From: Octopus bimaculoides
Taxonomy: Eukaryota
NCBI RefSeq assembly: GCF_001194135.2
Contig: NC_068985.1
Span: 54,092,022 to 54,156,021 of the forward strand
Direction: 5' to 3'
DNA: 64,000 nt
In this document: positions 38,301 through 52,820 of the stretch, one piece after another
Layout: the number at the start of each line of letters is the position of its first letter
How positions within the stretch are numbered: the first letter of the stretch is position 1
Notes under the pieces: generated by a model
What the model was told of the DNA's origin: nothing
Databases searched by the model: none
What the model saw: only the letters and a program-made list of their open reading frames with translations
Translations under genes and position numbers: made by a program

Positions 38301-38641
38301 TACTATATTTGACCCCTATCAGGATTTAAAAAGGTATTTAATTTGAAACTTAATCAACAATAACAACAACATTAGAGAAGAAAGTTTTAAAATGTTTAAA
38401 TAATTTTCTTCTTTTAAATACATTTTAAAAGCCTGAGAGCTCCATTTAAGGCACACAAATGTTTTAGCGGTTCTATATTTAAGAGATGAGGAATTATGTA
38501 CATTATTTACAATTGCCGGATATTTGTCCTCATCTTGTTTGTTGTTAACACGTTTCACCTGATATACCCTCCAGCCTTCATCAGGTGTCTTGGGGAAATT
38601 TTGAATCTGGGTACTCACTCCTAAGGTATTTTTTGATGTTG

Positions 38642-38683
<42 letters not shown>

Positions 38684-39006
38684 TCACTGTCTAGAATCGA
38701 ACTTGGAATTTTGGGGTTAGTAGCCTGCACTCTTAACCACTACGCCATATGCCCATGGGCATGATAGAAAAGAACGGAATTGTTCATCATGATCATCATT
38801 ATCGTCATCATCAAAATCATCAAGATCATTGTCCCATCAAAACTAATCAAGAAATCATTATTTCTGTTATGTATAAGACAACTAGATTATTAATACTTAT
38901 ATTGTGACAGTAAAATATAATTAACTCAGAGAAAGAAAGAAAGAATTGGTAAAATAAACAAAAAAAAAACAACTGAATTAATGAGAAAGAGAAAGAGAGA
39001 GAAAGA

Positions 39007-39054
<48 letters not shown>

Positions 39055-41704
39055 GAGAGAAGGAGAGAAAGAAAGAAAGAAAGAAAGAAAGAAAAAGAGA
39101 GAAAAATAGAGAGAAAGGGACAGACAAACAGAGCATCTGATAGACAGCTTGGAGAGAAAACAGCAATTATCAAAGAGAACTAAAAGAAGCCAATTATAAA
39201 CTGTTATCATTTAAGATTGTGTTAATTGCTTCCAATGCTCTGGTGTTAGTTTAAAAAGTTTCATTAAAATATACAGCAAAGCTGGTCAAATACTCCCTTT
39301 ACTATAGAGTGTAAGTCACAGCAGGTGGCAAACAGAATGAAAATAGTATTCCAAATTTCATACATAGGTCGGAAATGTTCAATCAAAATTATTTACAAGA
39401 AACTAAAAATTTCCAAATAACTCTCGACTCTGAGAGGGGAAAGAAAAATCTCAGCTATAATCCAAAGTTATTTGTAGATCAGAACCTTTAATGAAGGTCT
39501 ACACCTCAGCTTTAAATCCCAATTGTAGTTGTATTTATTTCAGTAATTTTTGTAGGAAGTTAATTGCGTAATTGCATTCACATGGTGTTTAAATGAAAAA
39601 TAGTTAAATCACATTGAGAAATTATTATCAAATTAAAATAAATCAATTTGAACATTAACTGTGAACTCAAGGGAAAAGTAACTACTAACTTCTGTTCTCC
39701 TTAGTTTTCTCTCTTTAAAATATCATGGGAAGCAAATAGTGTAACAAAAGGACAACTGGTGTTTTCTTTATAGTACCTACCTTGTAGGTGAGCTATATTT
39801 ACTGAATTTGGTAGCATAAAAGATATACATAGGCATATTTGATGCACCCCAGTTTCAGAAGTGCATATTCAGGAATAAAAGTTTCTCATGCATTATAAAG
39901 CATGTTATATTTAGAGTAACTTCATCTTATATACCATCAAATATGATAGTTGATAATCAGCCCCATGGCCAAATGGTTACAGCATTAGAGCACTGCACTC
40001 ATGATTCTGTCATTGTGGGTCTTATTCTTGAAATAGGTAGCATGTTGTGCCCTTGAGCAAGACACTTCATTTCACACTGCTCTAGCACATCCAACTGAAA
40101 ATAAGAACTAGAAACACCTTGGAAATTTGGATAAGCTCCAACCTTATGGAATGTGTAGGTTTGAGACAGGTTATATTTAGTTGATCAGCAGCTCCTGATG
40201 GTTTAATTATTTTATTTGTAGGTATTTCTTAATTAATGTTGCAAATTCTCCTTACATGTAGGCCTGGGGAAGATATTTAGTTTAGCTTTTAGCTTTCACT
40301 TGTTTCAATCATTGGTCTGTAGCCATGCTGGGGCATTATTGTCTTAAAGGGATTAGTCAAACAAATTGACCCTAGTACTTAATTTTTTAAAGTCTAGTAC
40401 TAGTATGGAATTGCTAAGTAATAGAGACATTAACAAACCGACACTAGTTGTCAAGAGGTGGGTGGGAGCAAACACACACACACAACAGACTTCCATATAG
40501 TTTCTGTCTATCAAATTCACTTAAACACCATTGATCAGCACCTAGGGTTATAGCCAAAGACACTTGCCCAAGGTGATACTTCTTAACCACACAGCCATGC
40601 CTGTTTTTAATCAACTTTAATTCTTATTTGTAGATGTTTCTTAATCAGTGCTGCAAACTGTCTTTAATTGTAAAATGTAAAGGAATCAACACTGATCTAT
40701 GTTCTTTGTTCTGAATACACTTTGTTTGCAAAGAGAGAACTTCCTATAGTTGAAATAGGAACAGATTATATAAGCTATACAGAGCTCAGTAAAATAGATG
40801 GTAAGAGAGAAAGGCAGGCAGGCAAGGAAATGTTAGTGTTTCAGAATGTTTGGGGGGAAGGGAGTAGTGAAGAAAGTGTTAAAGAGACAAGATATTTGTT
40901 ACTACTCAGAGTACATCTACATTAGTATTATGAATCTTAATATTAGAATTTGAGAAGTTGATACCAACCTAACTGAGACTGTTTCCAATGATAGAAAACT
41001 GTACATTTTAAAATGTATTTCATTGAAAACTTTCTGTCCTAATATAATGCTTAAAAAATAAACTAAACAGTCCAACACATGGGTACAAAAGGGTTGAAGG
41101 TACATTAGGGTCAGTGCAAATAGCATAAAGGTTAACAATTTCGGTTTATAAAAGAAATAATAGTTTAATGTCTCTTCTCTGTTCTAAAGGCAAAACTACT
41201 GAGCAGAAATTTGTACAACCTGTTGCAATAAACTGGTTCCTATCGCTACAGTTCTACTTAGGAGAATTCTTTTCTCCCTATGTGTGTGTGTGTGTGTGTA
41301 ACTAAACGTGCTGTTGATGATTTCTTTTTCTTCTTTGGACTTTTCCCTTTCTCCTTCCTGATGAAAAGCTCTGCTCAAAACGTCAAAAACTCCCTTTTCA
41401 CTGAGTGTCAAACTAATACATTCCTTGTGCATGTCCTCTTGTTTGTTGTCTGTTAATTTTATTATTCATTTTTTAAATTTTTAATTGATTGTTCATTTGA
41501 ATTGACTATATACATAATCCTTTATTGTTAGTCTAACAAAATATATTTTGTTTCTCCTATGGCTCTTTGGGAACTAAAAAACAATATTTAGAGGGGCTAC
41601 TTTAAGGAAAGAAGGAAAATACGATATTCACTCTCAGACTTAGTGTTCATTTCTTTATTCTGAGTGGCTGGACATAGCTCCTTTTGAACTTGTCTCCCCC
41701 AAGA

Positions 41705-41781
<77 letters not shown>

Positions 41782-42482
41782 TAATTGAGACATAGGTTAC
41801 TATTATCTATGGCTCCTGGTTCTGATCAATTCATAGGTGTTAACTTGGGTTTAGAAATTGAAGAACTCTTTCTGACATATGTATGATTATTTAAAATAAT
41901 AAACAATGTAACAACAAACAAGTATCTGTTTTGATTGAGTAGAAGTGAGGGTTAGAAGTTGCTGTTAGAAGAACACTTAACAATAGTAAATGGAGAATGA
42001 CTGCAAAAGAACTAAATTTACAACAGGAATTCTTCCATGAGTATGGAGGTAGCATTGATTACATGCATATATTTCATAGATACCTCCTTGGTGTTGTCTC
42101 TTTGCTGATATCCAGGTGGGAGCTGGGAGTGGCTGGAGCCGAGGGTGTCTCCAGCGACTACTTGGCTGGCTTTACTTGAGGCATCAGACTTGGAGCGAGA
42201 CACATTGATATCCCGAATATCAACTAAATCCCTTGTTTTGTAGATGGAAGCTGGAACGGAGCCATGCTTAATGTGTTTGGACCCCCCTGGTAGCTGTTCA
42301 CAGATAATTGACACACGACAAACACAAAAAAGGGGGAAGAAGAAGAAAAAAAAATAAAATAAAAAGCACATTAATCGAAGCAGTCAAATAGGTACACATT
42401 ACATAAAAATTCTATGAAAAATAAGAGGGAGACTCACTACAGTCAAATCAACAAATAATACAATTAAACCAAAGAATTACAA

Positions 42483-42522
<40 letters not shown>

Positions 42523-43010
42523 CCACTAGAAAATACAAGACAATATGAGAAATTTATAAAAAGTAACAAAGTGCTTCCTCAAATAAATTTCAAGAAGGAA
42601 GATAATAAAACAAAAATTTTACTTTGTTCTTAATATAAAGATCTAAACTAAAATATATTTCTGCTTATTTATACCTTTTAGTTTCTTTTCATTTTAATAG
42701 ACTTATTTTTTAAAATAATNNNNNNNNNNNNNNNNNNNNNNNNNNNNNNNNNNNNNNNNNNNNNNNNNNNNNNNNNNNNNNNNNNNNNNNNNNNNNNNNN
42801 NNNNNNNNNNNNNNNNNNNNNNNNNNNNNNNNNNNNNNNNNNNNNNNNNNNNNNNNNNNNNNNNNNNNNNNNNNNNNNNNNNNNNNNNNNNNNNNNNNNN
42901 NNNNNNNNNNNNNNNNNNNNNNNNNNNNNNNNNNNNNNNNNNNNNNNNNNNNNNNNNNNNNNNNNNNNNNNNNNNNNNNNNNNNNNNNNNNNNNNNNNNN
43001 NNNNNNNNNN

Positions 43011-43049
<39 letters not shown>

Positions 43050-44795
43050 ACATGTACATACATATGTATGTACCAATATTTAAATACATATAGACCTACA
43101 CACGCATGCGTGCGTCTACATACATATGCAAGTATTCATGTACTTAAAAACATATGAAGACGAAAAAGCAGTTCCTATAGAACTCATAAATAAAAGAGAA
43201 ACACTCATATAAGCAATATCAAAGATTGCAAAAGACAGTTTTTGCTTTTCTTTTACTTCTCTTTCAAATCCCAAACAAATTCTTTAAAGATTTTACTACT
43301 TTATAAACATACAAATAATGCAAAATTTAAATTATCAATTTCAAATAAATTTATTTAAATATTTCAAGCTATTTAAAAAAAATTTACCACAGAAGTAAAT
43401 ATTTTGGAATATGAGATCTATAATGGCATTATTCAAAGAACATTTCCAAAGAATGGCAAACAAGAACATATTTCCTGCGATACTAGGTCTAAAGATAATT
43501 CAGTTTTAAAGATTGCGCACGTGTGTATGTGTGTGTGCATGTGTATATGAAACTGAAATCCTTTAAGCTGTATCTAGGAGTATTTCATTATTTGCAACTA
43601 AAGGTGACAGGAACTCAACTAAAAGATGTATAAAATAAGTCAATTACTAACCTAAAATGGACATAACAAGAATCTCTAACTATAGTAATAAATATCAATG
43701 ATATCTAAGAAACTCTGTAGGAGGGACACTCATTACCTCTAGTTCTTACTGATCCTGGATGGATGACACCTAAAGTTGACTTTGGCAGGATTTGAGCACA
43801 AAATTTTAAGGGAATGTAAATAAACATAGCAAAATATTCCACTTAGCAGTTTTCCAATTCTGCCATTTGGCTATAAAAATTATTTCTAAAGTTGGTACAA
43901 GGCCTGAATTTTATTCTATCTTTTTTATTTATTTATTTATTTTTCATTTTTAGGGTGAGGGCATGGGGAGGAAGTAGTTGATACTGCCAACCTCAATATC
44001 TGACTGGTACTTTATTTTATTGATGCTGGAGGGATGAAAGGCAAAGTTGACCTTGCTGAGATTTGAACTCTCAATGTAAGGAGCCGAAACAAATAATAAA
44101 TACTGCAAAGTATTTTGTCCAATGTAGTAACAATTTCTTACTCAAGCACAAGACCTCAACAAACTTAGAGAGGGAGGAAGGGGGGAATAACAGTTGAAGA
44201 TCCTATCATCTGACAGCAGTATCTGACTGGTAATAATGATTATATAAAACACCATTTTAAAAAGTTGCCAAGTTTTACATCAGCATGTTGGACCAATTTT
44301 AGATAAAGTTGGTTTTCACATATGTTGTAGCAATCAATGTTATCAATCAAGTTTAAATTCAAGCAAAGGAGAGAGAGAGAGAGGAAGAGGGGGAGGAGAA
44401 GAGGTGTATTTTAAAAACAATGTTCATTAAATCAGAAGCATTAACTGATCCTGCCCACAGCTGGGATTGGTAAGCAGCAATAATAGCTAGCAGCAGCAGC
44501 AACAAGAGGAAAAGTAGCCCATCATGCTGGCTAAATGCTTGTTGTAGTTGGCAGTGAGGGAGATGGTGACAGCCAAGGTGGTGAGGGAAATGGTAACTGA
44601 ACAAGAAAGCTCATCAAGATTTAGGAAATTTAGCATTCATCAGTTCTGTTCAGTGACAGCCAACCAAGCTGTCATGCACAGCAATGGGGGAATGTGGAGA
44701 CTGAACAAAACAAAAAAGACAGAGAGAGACAGAGGTTCTAATATACAAATAAAATTTTATAAAGCTATGTATTTTGTGTATGTATAACTGGATAG

Positions 44796-44866
<71 letters not shown>

Positions 44867-47800
44867 TGAGTATTTAGAAAGTAAATAAATAGTTCTTAAT
44901 TGTGCAACAGCTATGCTGAGGAAATGTTAAGTTCATTTGCAAGAGAAGAAATTTTTCTAATTTTTAAAAGGCATTAAAGATTTGTTTGCCAAAGGAATTA
45001 ATAATATATGTATGTGAGATCAGAAAAGACGCTGGTAGTAGTGTTAAGAGAATAATAGTAAACAGGCACTAGCAAGAAAGAAAGGCAGAGCTTACTCAAG
45101 AGATGAAGACATTACTAACAAAACTAGAATAGTATTTTGTATCTTAATTACACCAGGAAACAACAGCAACATCAACAACACACATATATGTATATATAAT
45201 GGATGTGTGTGTTGTAAATCTGCATGTGTTTATAACTTTCAATACATGGATCTGTTCAATTTGGCTCACAAATATTTTAATTATTTTTTTAAACTAAACA
45301 GTTTGAAACTTTGTATACTGGTGTAATTTCTTATGCAGAACATGATTTATTTTAAACATTTTTGACAAAATTTCGTATTTTAGAAGTTATTTCATGCTAG
45401 AGTTGTTGTATTTGGGTAATTTTAACTAATCAATGATATGTATTCAGTTGAAGAAAGCTACTGCTTGCAATAGTAATCGAAGAGGAAGAACTTCCCACTC
45501 ATCTCTACTAAATATCATCACTCTGTTCTCGTGCATTCCTTACTCTTTCCCTCTCTACTGGCAGACAGCCACCTCTACACTATCAACTACCAACCAGTGA
45601 GCAAACTTATCACTGCCACTACAATTACTGTATTTTCCAGTGTATAAGTCGCTATTTTACCTGGAAAATTTAGTGTACAGCTTATAGAAAGGTGCACCTA
45701 ATATGTGTACTTTCTTTATAAGTTTCAGGAGGAAAATAATTTGTGTATGGGGATCGACTGATTCCATTGATTTTTTCAGAGGACAGGTCGGTTGGTGAGC
45801 AACATGAAAGACTATGGCTACAGTACATTGTTGTCTGGAAGAAAACAAAGTATATTTGTTTTGTTTTACCTTCATGCTTCGATAATGTTATTTTTAATCT
45901 AATAAAGACTTTTATATTGACGAAACATGTTTGTCGTTGATTATAGTAAGATAAAATCATAACAATAACAATACATCTCATAGTTGTAAAATAAGGCATT
46001 TTGAAACTGAATACATGTCAACAACAAAAAAGCTAGCTGTGTATCTGTAGCTCTATAAGTCTTTTAAACACTAATGTCCTCTGTGTGGATAAAACCAAAA
46101 TTTTCCCCCAAATTCGGTTCTGTGGTTTAAATACCAGTGTTGGGCAAACGAATAAATATATGTAAATAATATTTCTTCCTTCCTAGTATTGATTCTTTGA
46201 TGTTTACTGGTTACTTCGACACAAGAACCAAAAATGAAAAAAAAAAAAGCGAGTAATATGCAGGTAGTAAACAAAAAAATAAAATAGAACAGAGTGGTGA
46301 CATTTAGTTGAGATCACCCAGAAGTTATTCCTCTTCAATTACTATCGCAAACAGCAGTAGCTTTCATCAACTGAATACACATCGTTGATTGGTTAAAATC
46401 ACCCAAATACAACAACTTTAACACAAAATAACTTCTGAAATACGAAATTTTGTCAAAAATGTTCAAAGTAAACCATGTTCTGCATGAGAAATTACTCCAG
46501 TATACAAAGTTTTAAACTATTTAGTTTAAAAAAATTAATTTAAAAAAATCTGTGACACCTGAAATATCTCAATACACTCATGTCTGATTAAATGATTGTA
46601 ACATTAGTCATTATAAATAAATGGCTCCAAAAGAAGGAATTGTTCACTACATTTTCTGGATACAAGAATTTTTTTATTGTTATTTTTAAAATAAGTTGAT
46701 CAGGTGAGAAGGGACAGTACCCATACTGTTCTCAGCAGTTTTTTTTTTTTAAACTAAAAGAGATTGATGGAGCTGACAGTAAGTCAATATCTGCAGAGAA
46801 CACATGAAACATGAATAGAACCAGCTGATCCAAATGTTTGCAGCAGAAAGAAATCTACTCCTGGCATTCAACATTATTTATAATAAATGTTCTCCAAAAC
46901 AAAAATATGAAAATTTTGTGCTTGGAGAGAGGGGGAGGGCTGGGTGGTTGTTTTGGTATTTGACCAACCCCTTTGATACAAACTTCCTGCTGCTTTTAAA
47001 GTATTCCAAATTTAAACTATTCATTAAAATTTCATGTTGATTTTATGCTCCAGACACCAGCTTAATGACTAAGTTATTTTACTAAATTCTGCACTTTTTT
47101 TTTTGAAAATTAAGGGTTAACCATTTCTCAACAATAAACAATGAATGGATAAATTAAATATTTGTAGCTGGTCATATGCAATAAATATTATTATAGATTC
47201 TATTCAAAGAAAACACTAGTGCTTCTCAGAAATACTGATTTAGCCTAGACTGTCTCAAATATCAACTGCAAGAGAGAAAAAAGAGGGAGAGCAATCATTG
47301 AGAATGGCAAGGTTCATACGCACCCGTCCTGAAGAAAGATCTGGAAGTCCTAGTTCAACAAAGTCACTCTGAAGAGAAAATAAAAGAGTAAAACATAGAA
47401 TAAAGTAGAAATTGTGTCATCAAGAAATATATACAAACATACCTCAAAAAATGACATAACATGGAAAAATATTTTATAAACTTTATTAGATGGTATCTGA
47501 ATAGTTTCTAAAGATTTTCAAATGTATTTTATTAGATTTTTCACTTGATTATCAGTTATTATGCGTCTTTTTTTTTCTTTTTTTTTTTTTAACTTTTATG
47601 CTTTTAAATATGCTCACTGAGACCAATGTAAAGGTGGATAAGTAGACTGACGGTGAAGTTTCTTTCCATTAATTTCTTTAAAAAAATGATGTAAAGTGGG
47701 AAAAGACCTAACTTGAAATAATCTAAGTTGAGGTATGCCTGCACTTAAAAAAAAAATAAACCCTCAATTCAGTTCCTGAAAATTCAACTACAAAGAAATC

Positions 47801-48597
47801 AATATCCAAAAGTCATTATCATCACCTTATACTTTGAATCTGTTTCCACTGAAATTAATGTTATCCATCCAACAGATCATTCTGCAAACACCATTCTAAC
47901 TTCTGTAAATATACCATATTCACAGCCTGAACCTCACAGTCAAGCACAATTATGCTCTTTTCACATACCTAACATAATTAATTCTAACATTGGGAACAAA
48001 GCTACCAATATTACGGGGAACACATTAATTGATACCATTGACCCCAGTAATCCACTGGTACTTAATTTTATCCTCCTCGAAGGATGAAAAGCAAAGTCGA
48101 CCTTGGAAGGATTTGAAATTAGAACATAAGGAGCTAGAAGAAATACTGTTTGACAAGGTAACGATTTTGCCAGCTCACTGTCTTGCACATACCTAACATA
48201 ATAATCAGTCTTTAACACAGAAAAAAAGGAGGGTGAAAAAAACCCCATTTTGTTGCCACAAAAGGCAACAACTCCCGCTTTTGGTTCCTATCTACTAGAG
48301 ATCTCATGACCCTTTTCTATTTGTCTCTACTTACTCCTTCTTAATATATATGTAAATATGACGGGCTTCACAGTTTCCATCAACCACATTCAATTGCAAG
48401 GCATTGGTTGGCTTGGAGCTATAATAGAAGACACTTATCCAAGGTGCAGCACAAGTGAAACTGAACTCAAAACTACAAAGTTGCAAAGTAAGCTTCTTAA
48501 CCACACATCCATGCTTGTGCTTAAATATACGTTCACATGTACAAATATATGTTTATATATATTCATATGTACCCACACGCGCACACACACACACACT

Positions 48598-48641
<44 letters not shown>

Positions 48642-51600
48642 TACGAGTGTGTCTACATATCATCATCATCACCATTTAATGCTCATTGTCCATGCTAGCA
48701 TGGGTTGGACAGTGAAACCAGAAGTGGCAAGCTGGTGGGGCTGCACCAGACGCCGGTCTGATTTGGCATGATTTTTACAGCTGGATGCCCTTCCTAACAC
48801 CAACCACTCAGCAAAGTGGGCTATATATAAATATATATATCTATGTATATATCTGTCTGTGTCTTTGTGTCCGTCCTCCCATCACCGCTTGACAACTGGT
48901 GTTGGTGTGGTTATGTCCCTGTAACTTAGTGGTTCAGCAAAAGTGACTGAGAGAATAAGTACTAAGCTTAAAAAGAAAAAAAATGTCCTGGGGTCGATTC
49001 GTTCAACTAAAAGCCTCCAAGGTTGTGCTCCAGCACAGACCCAGTCAAATGACTGAAACAAGTAAAAGAATAAAAGAATATATCTATATCTATCTATCTA
49101 TCTATCTATCTATATATATATAGTTCAAATTTACAGAAAACAAGACAAAGAGAGGTGTAGGAACAACAAGCAGGAGTATTAGTTTAATGCTCAGGAAAAA
49201 TGGAAAAGTCTTTTATGTTTCAAGCCTGTGCTCTTTAGCAGAAAGGATTAAAGGAAAAAAATAGAGAGAAAATAAAAAAAACTTAGAAATATATGTGTGT
49301 GTGTGTATCATAAAATATCTAATTCCCACACTCATCTCACAAGTGTAAAAGAATCAGGAAATTCTGGCTGCTGAAAGTACAAAAGTACATCAGATACATC
49401 ATGACTAAGAAGACTTCTTGCACCTAGCAGCTTCTCACCTACTGGGGATTACATTGTTTCTTTCTCCCGCCCCCAACCAGCTTATCTATATGCATTTTCC
49501 CACCAATCTATATAATAAGCCAGATTTCCTCTGCCTAATTGAACCACACATAATAATGTTGAATGTACACAGGATTCAAAAGTTTCAAGAAGTGGCAAAG
49601 ACTAATGAAGCATCGTGATTTTGCAGCCTGCACTGTTCTATGTAAGAAGAATAAAACAACAAAATACTTTCTTATTGTTTCTGTTCTTCTAACATTAAAT
49701 CATAATAGGACAAAATAGTCTCAGTGTTTCTTGTGCAAATGAATAACAGCATTTAAATCAATCTGTGAAAGGTTACAGAGAAGATCATAAAAATGACTTC
49801 CTCTTCTCTCATCAACCAAACCACACCACAGCAACTAACAGTTCATTTTTGTAGGTCAACTTTTAATTTGTATGTCAGCATTAGATAGGTTTTATGTTAG
49901 GGGAGAATTACATTAATTACCAAAATAAAAGATATTAAAAAAAAAAAAAAGCAGATTGCTCAATGAAAGTAGGGAGAACCTAGTACTGTGAGAGTAACAA
50001 GTGGCTCGTTATTAATTTCAGCACCTCTTGTAGATGTAACTTGCAGAAGGATGGGCCCCATTGTTGTTATTTACTTTACATGTATCACTGTAACTATCAT
50101 ATCATTGATAAAAGTAATTCTACTTCACTAACATCAAAAGTCACAATGCCTCCATTTAATTTAATGAAATTAAAGCCTGTCTGGATTCAATTTGACAAAA
50201 ATATCAAGTGAGGGTGTGTTGATATAATAAACTGACTTATAAATAACAGCCAAATTTCTCTCAAATCAAACACAACCATCTTAAAAAAGACAATCAATAA
50301 TGTAGTCCTAAATATATTGTCTGAAAAAGTTGTTGGCACTCCGTCGCTTACAACGTCGAGGGTTCCAGTTGATCTGATCAACGGAACAGCCTGCTCGTGA
50401 AATTAACGTGCAACTGGCTGAGCACTCCACAGACACGTGTACCCTTAACGTAGTTCTCGGGGATATTCAGCGTGACACAGTGTGACAAGGCTGACCCTTT
50501 GAATTACAGGCACAACAAAAACAGGAAGTAAGAATGAGAGAATTTGTGGTGATAGAGTACAGCAGGGTTCGCCATCAACCCCTGCCGGAGTCTCGTGGAG
50601 CTTTAGGTGTTTTTGCTCAATAAACACTCACAACGCCTGGTCTGGGAATCGAAACCGCGATCCTATGACCGCGAGTCCACTGCCCTAACCACTGGGCCAT
50701 TGCGTCTCTACTCTGAAAAAGTAAGATACAGACAAAAGGAACATTTTTGAACATAGATCTAATTGATCAGAACTGACTTAGGAATCAACTAGAACAAAGT
50801 GCCAATTTATTCAGATAACTTTGTAAAGTAGTTGGTGTTAGGAAGGCCATCCAACCGTAGAAACCATGCCAAGACAGACAGGTAGCCTAAATAGCCCATC
50901 AGCTGGTCAGCTCCTGTCAAACCATCCAACCCATGCCAGCATAGAAAACAGACATTAAATGATGATTTTGAACTTTATTCTAAAATGTCTCCCATGCTTT
51001 CTTCTATTTGCCTTCTCATACTTTGTAGATACACTTTAACATCTTGTCACCTCTAACTTTCTCTCTTTCGGGCTCCATCCTATTTATTATCATGCACCCT
51101 TATGTAATGCAGGGTACCCTTGTATCTCTTCTACATTACCAAACTTCCTTTTTTCCCTTATTTCAACTTGCAGTATCATGCATAAAGCTACTGCCCACTC
51201 TATTCTACTCCCTCTCAGCCAAAGGGGCTCAAAGTTCTGAAAGTTACATGACAAACTCACATGTGCTGGTGCCATAAACAAACAAAACAAAAAGGCACCC
51301 AGCACACTTTGTAAAGTGGTTGGTGTTAGTAAGAGCATCCAACCATAGAAAATATGCCAAAACTGAGACATTGAAGCAAGGTGTGGTTCTCTGGCTCATT
51401 GGATCCTTTTGAACCATCCAACCCATGCCAACATGAAGAGTGCATATGAAATGACGATACTGGAAACAGAAAGAATGATAATGTCTGAGAGGAACAAAAG
51501 AAAAGAGTCCCTAAATCAGTTACATCCAGTAATGATGGTAAACAAACCAGTACCACCTTTGTTCCAGCCATTCTTCAGTGCATAAAAATAATCTTAACTG

Positions 51601-52748
51601 CCCACCACCACATAAACGACAAATTATTGCCAATGTGTCATTGGATTTGCAGCAGAAAAAACAAACAAGATATGGTTTTTACATTTCTAATATTGTCTGT
51701 TATGTTAAAGTATCTTCTAATTAAAGATTTCCCTCTCATACATTCAATAATCTATCATTAACAGACTCTACATTCTGACACTTTTGAATTTACTCACACA
51801 CACACACACACACACACTCACCCTCTCTCTCTCTCTCTCTCTCTCTCACACTCACACACACACACACACACACACACACAACTCCCTTAGAATGACCAGA
51901 TGATCTTTTGATTTGTCTATACATCTTTCTTGAATATGGCCATGTTATAAAAACGTTAAACATACACACACTCATACAGTAATATTTATATATATATCTT
52001 TTATCTTTTGTTTCAGTCATTGGACTGCAGCCACGATGGGGGTACCATTTTGAAGAGTTTAGTTGAACATATTAACCCCAGTACTTAATTTTTAAGTCAG
52101 ATACTTATTCTATGGGTCCCTTTTGTCAAGCCACTAAGTTACAGAGACATAAACAAACTGACACCAGTTAAGTGGTAGGAGTGATAAATACAAGCATACA
52201 TATACATACATAAATAGTGAGCTTAGAGCTATAGTAGATGTTTGCCCAAGGTGCTGCGCAGTCTGGCTGAATGTGAAACTATGTAGCTGCAAAACAAGCT
52301 TCTTAAATGTATACCCATGTCTGTACCTAGAGATTCTGTTTTCAGAGTCCTAAGATATGAAAATTTTAGTAAAAATTCCATTCACCAAGAAAATAATATC
52401 AATAAAATAATAAATATTTTTCTTGTGTTACAAAATCATGTTTAAGGACTTTTTGTTTGAAACAATCCGTTATATATTTACAAATATACATTGTTTTTTT
52501 TTTTTGTTTTTTCTCGACCAAATACCAGCAAACATGAAAAGCATATGAGTCTTATACTTACAGGAAATTCACTTTGCAGTTGTCGTAGGCGAGTTTCCAA
52601 AGTATTAACAGTCCGTTCTTTTTCATTTAATTCCTCTTTGTTTTTTTCTGATGGAGACTTAGCATATATTTTACGAGCTCTCTGTAAATGACGGATATGA
52701 AATAGATGTCAATAAAATTGCTGTTCAATGTATTAAGATATGTGTGTG

Positions 52749-52783
<35 letters not shown>

Positions 52784-52788
52784 GAGTG

Positions 52789-52820
<32 letters not shown>

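Noticed and set aside
44359-44787. GC-richer block with ORFs on both strands as a possible exon or nested gene
   Set aside because: No in-phase open frame with a splice-site pair; low-complexity composition and no recognisable motif.
49560-49628. Strong-looking acceptor ttttattcttcttacatag
   Set aside because: The phase-0 frame hits a stop after 11 codons and there is no good donor.
50640-50712. tRNA gene calls for A/B-box sequences (also about 37650-37715 and 38683-38752)
   Set aside because: They continue into SINE bodies and lack a full cloverleaf; these are SINE heads, not tRNAs.
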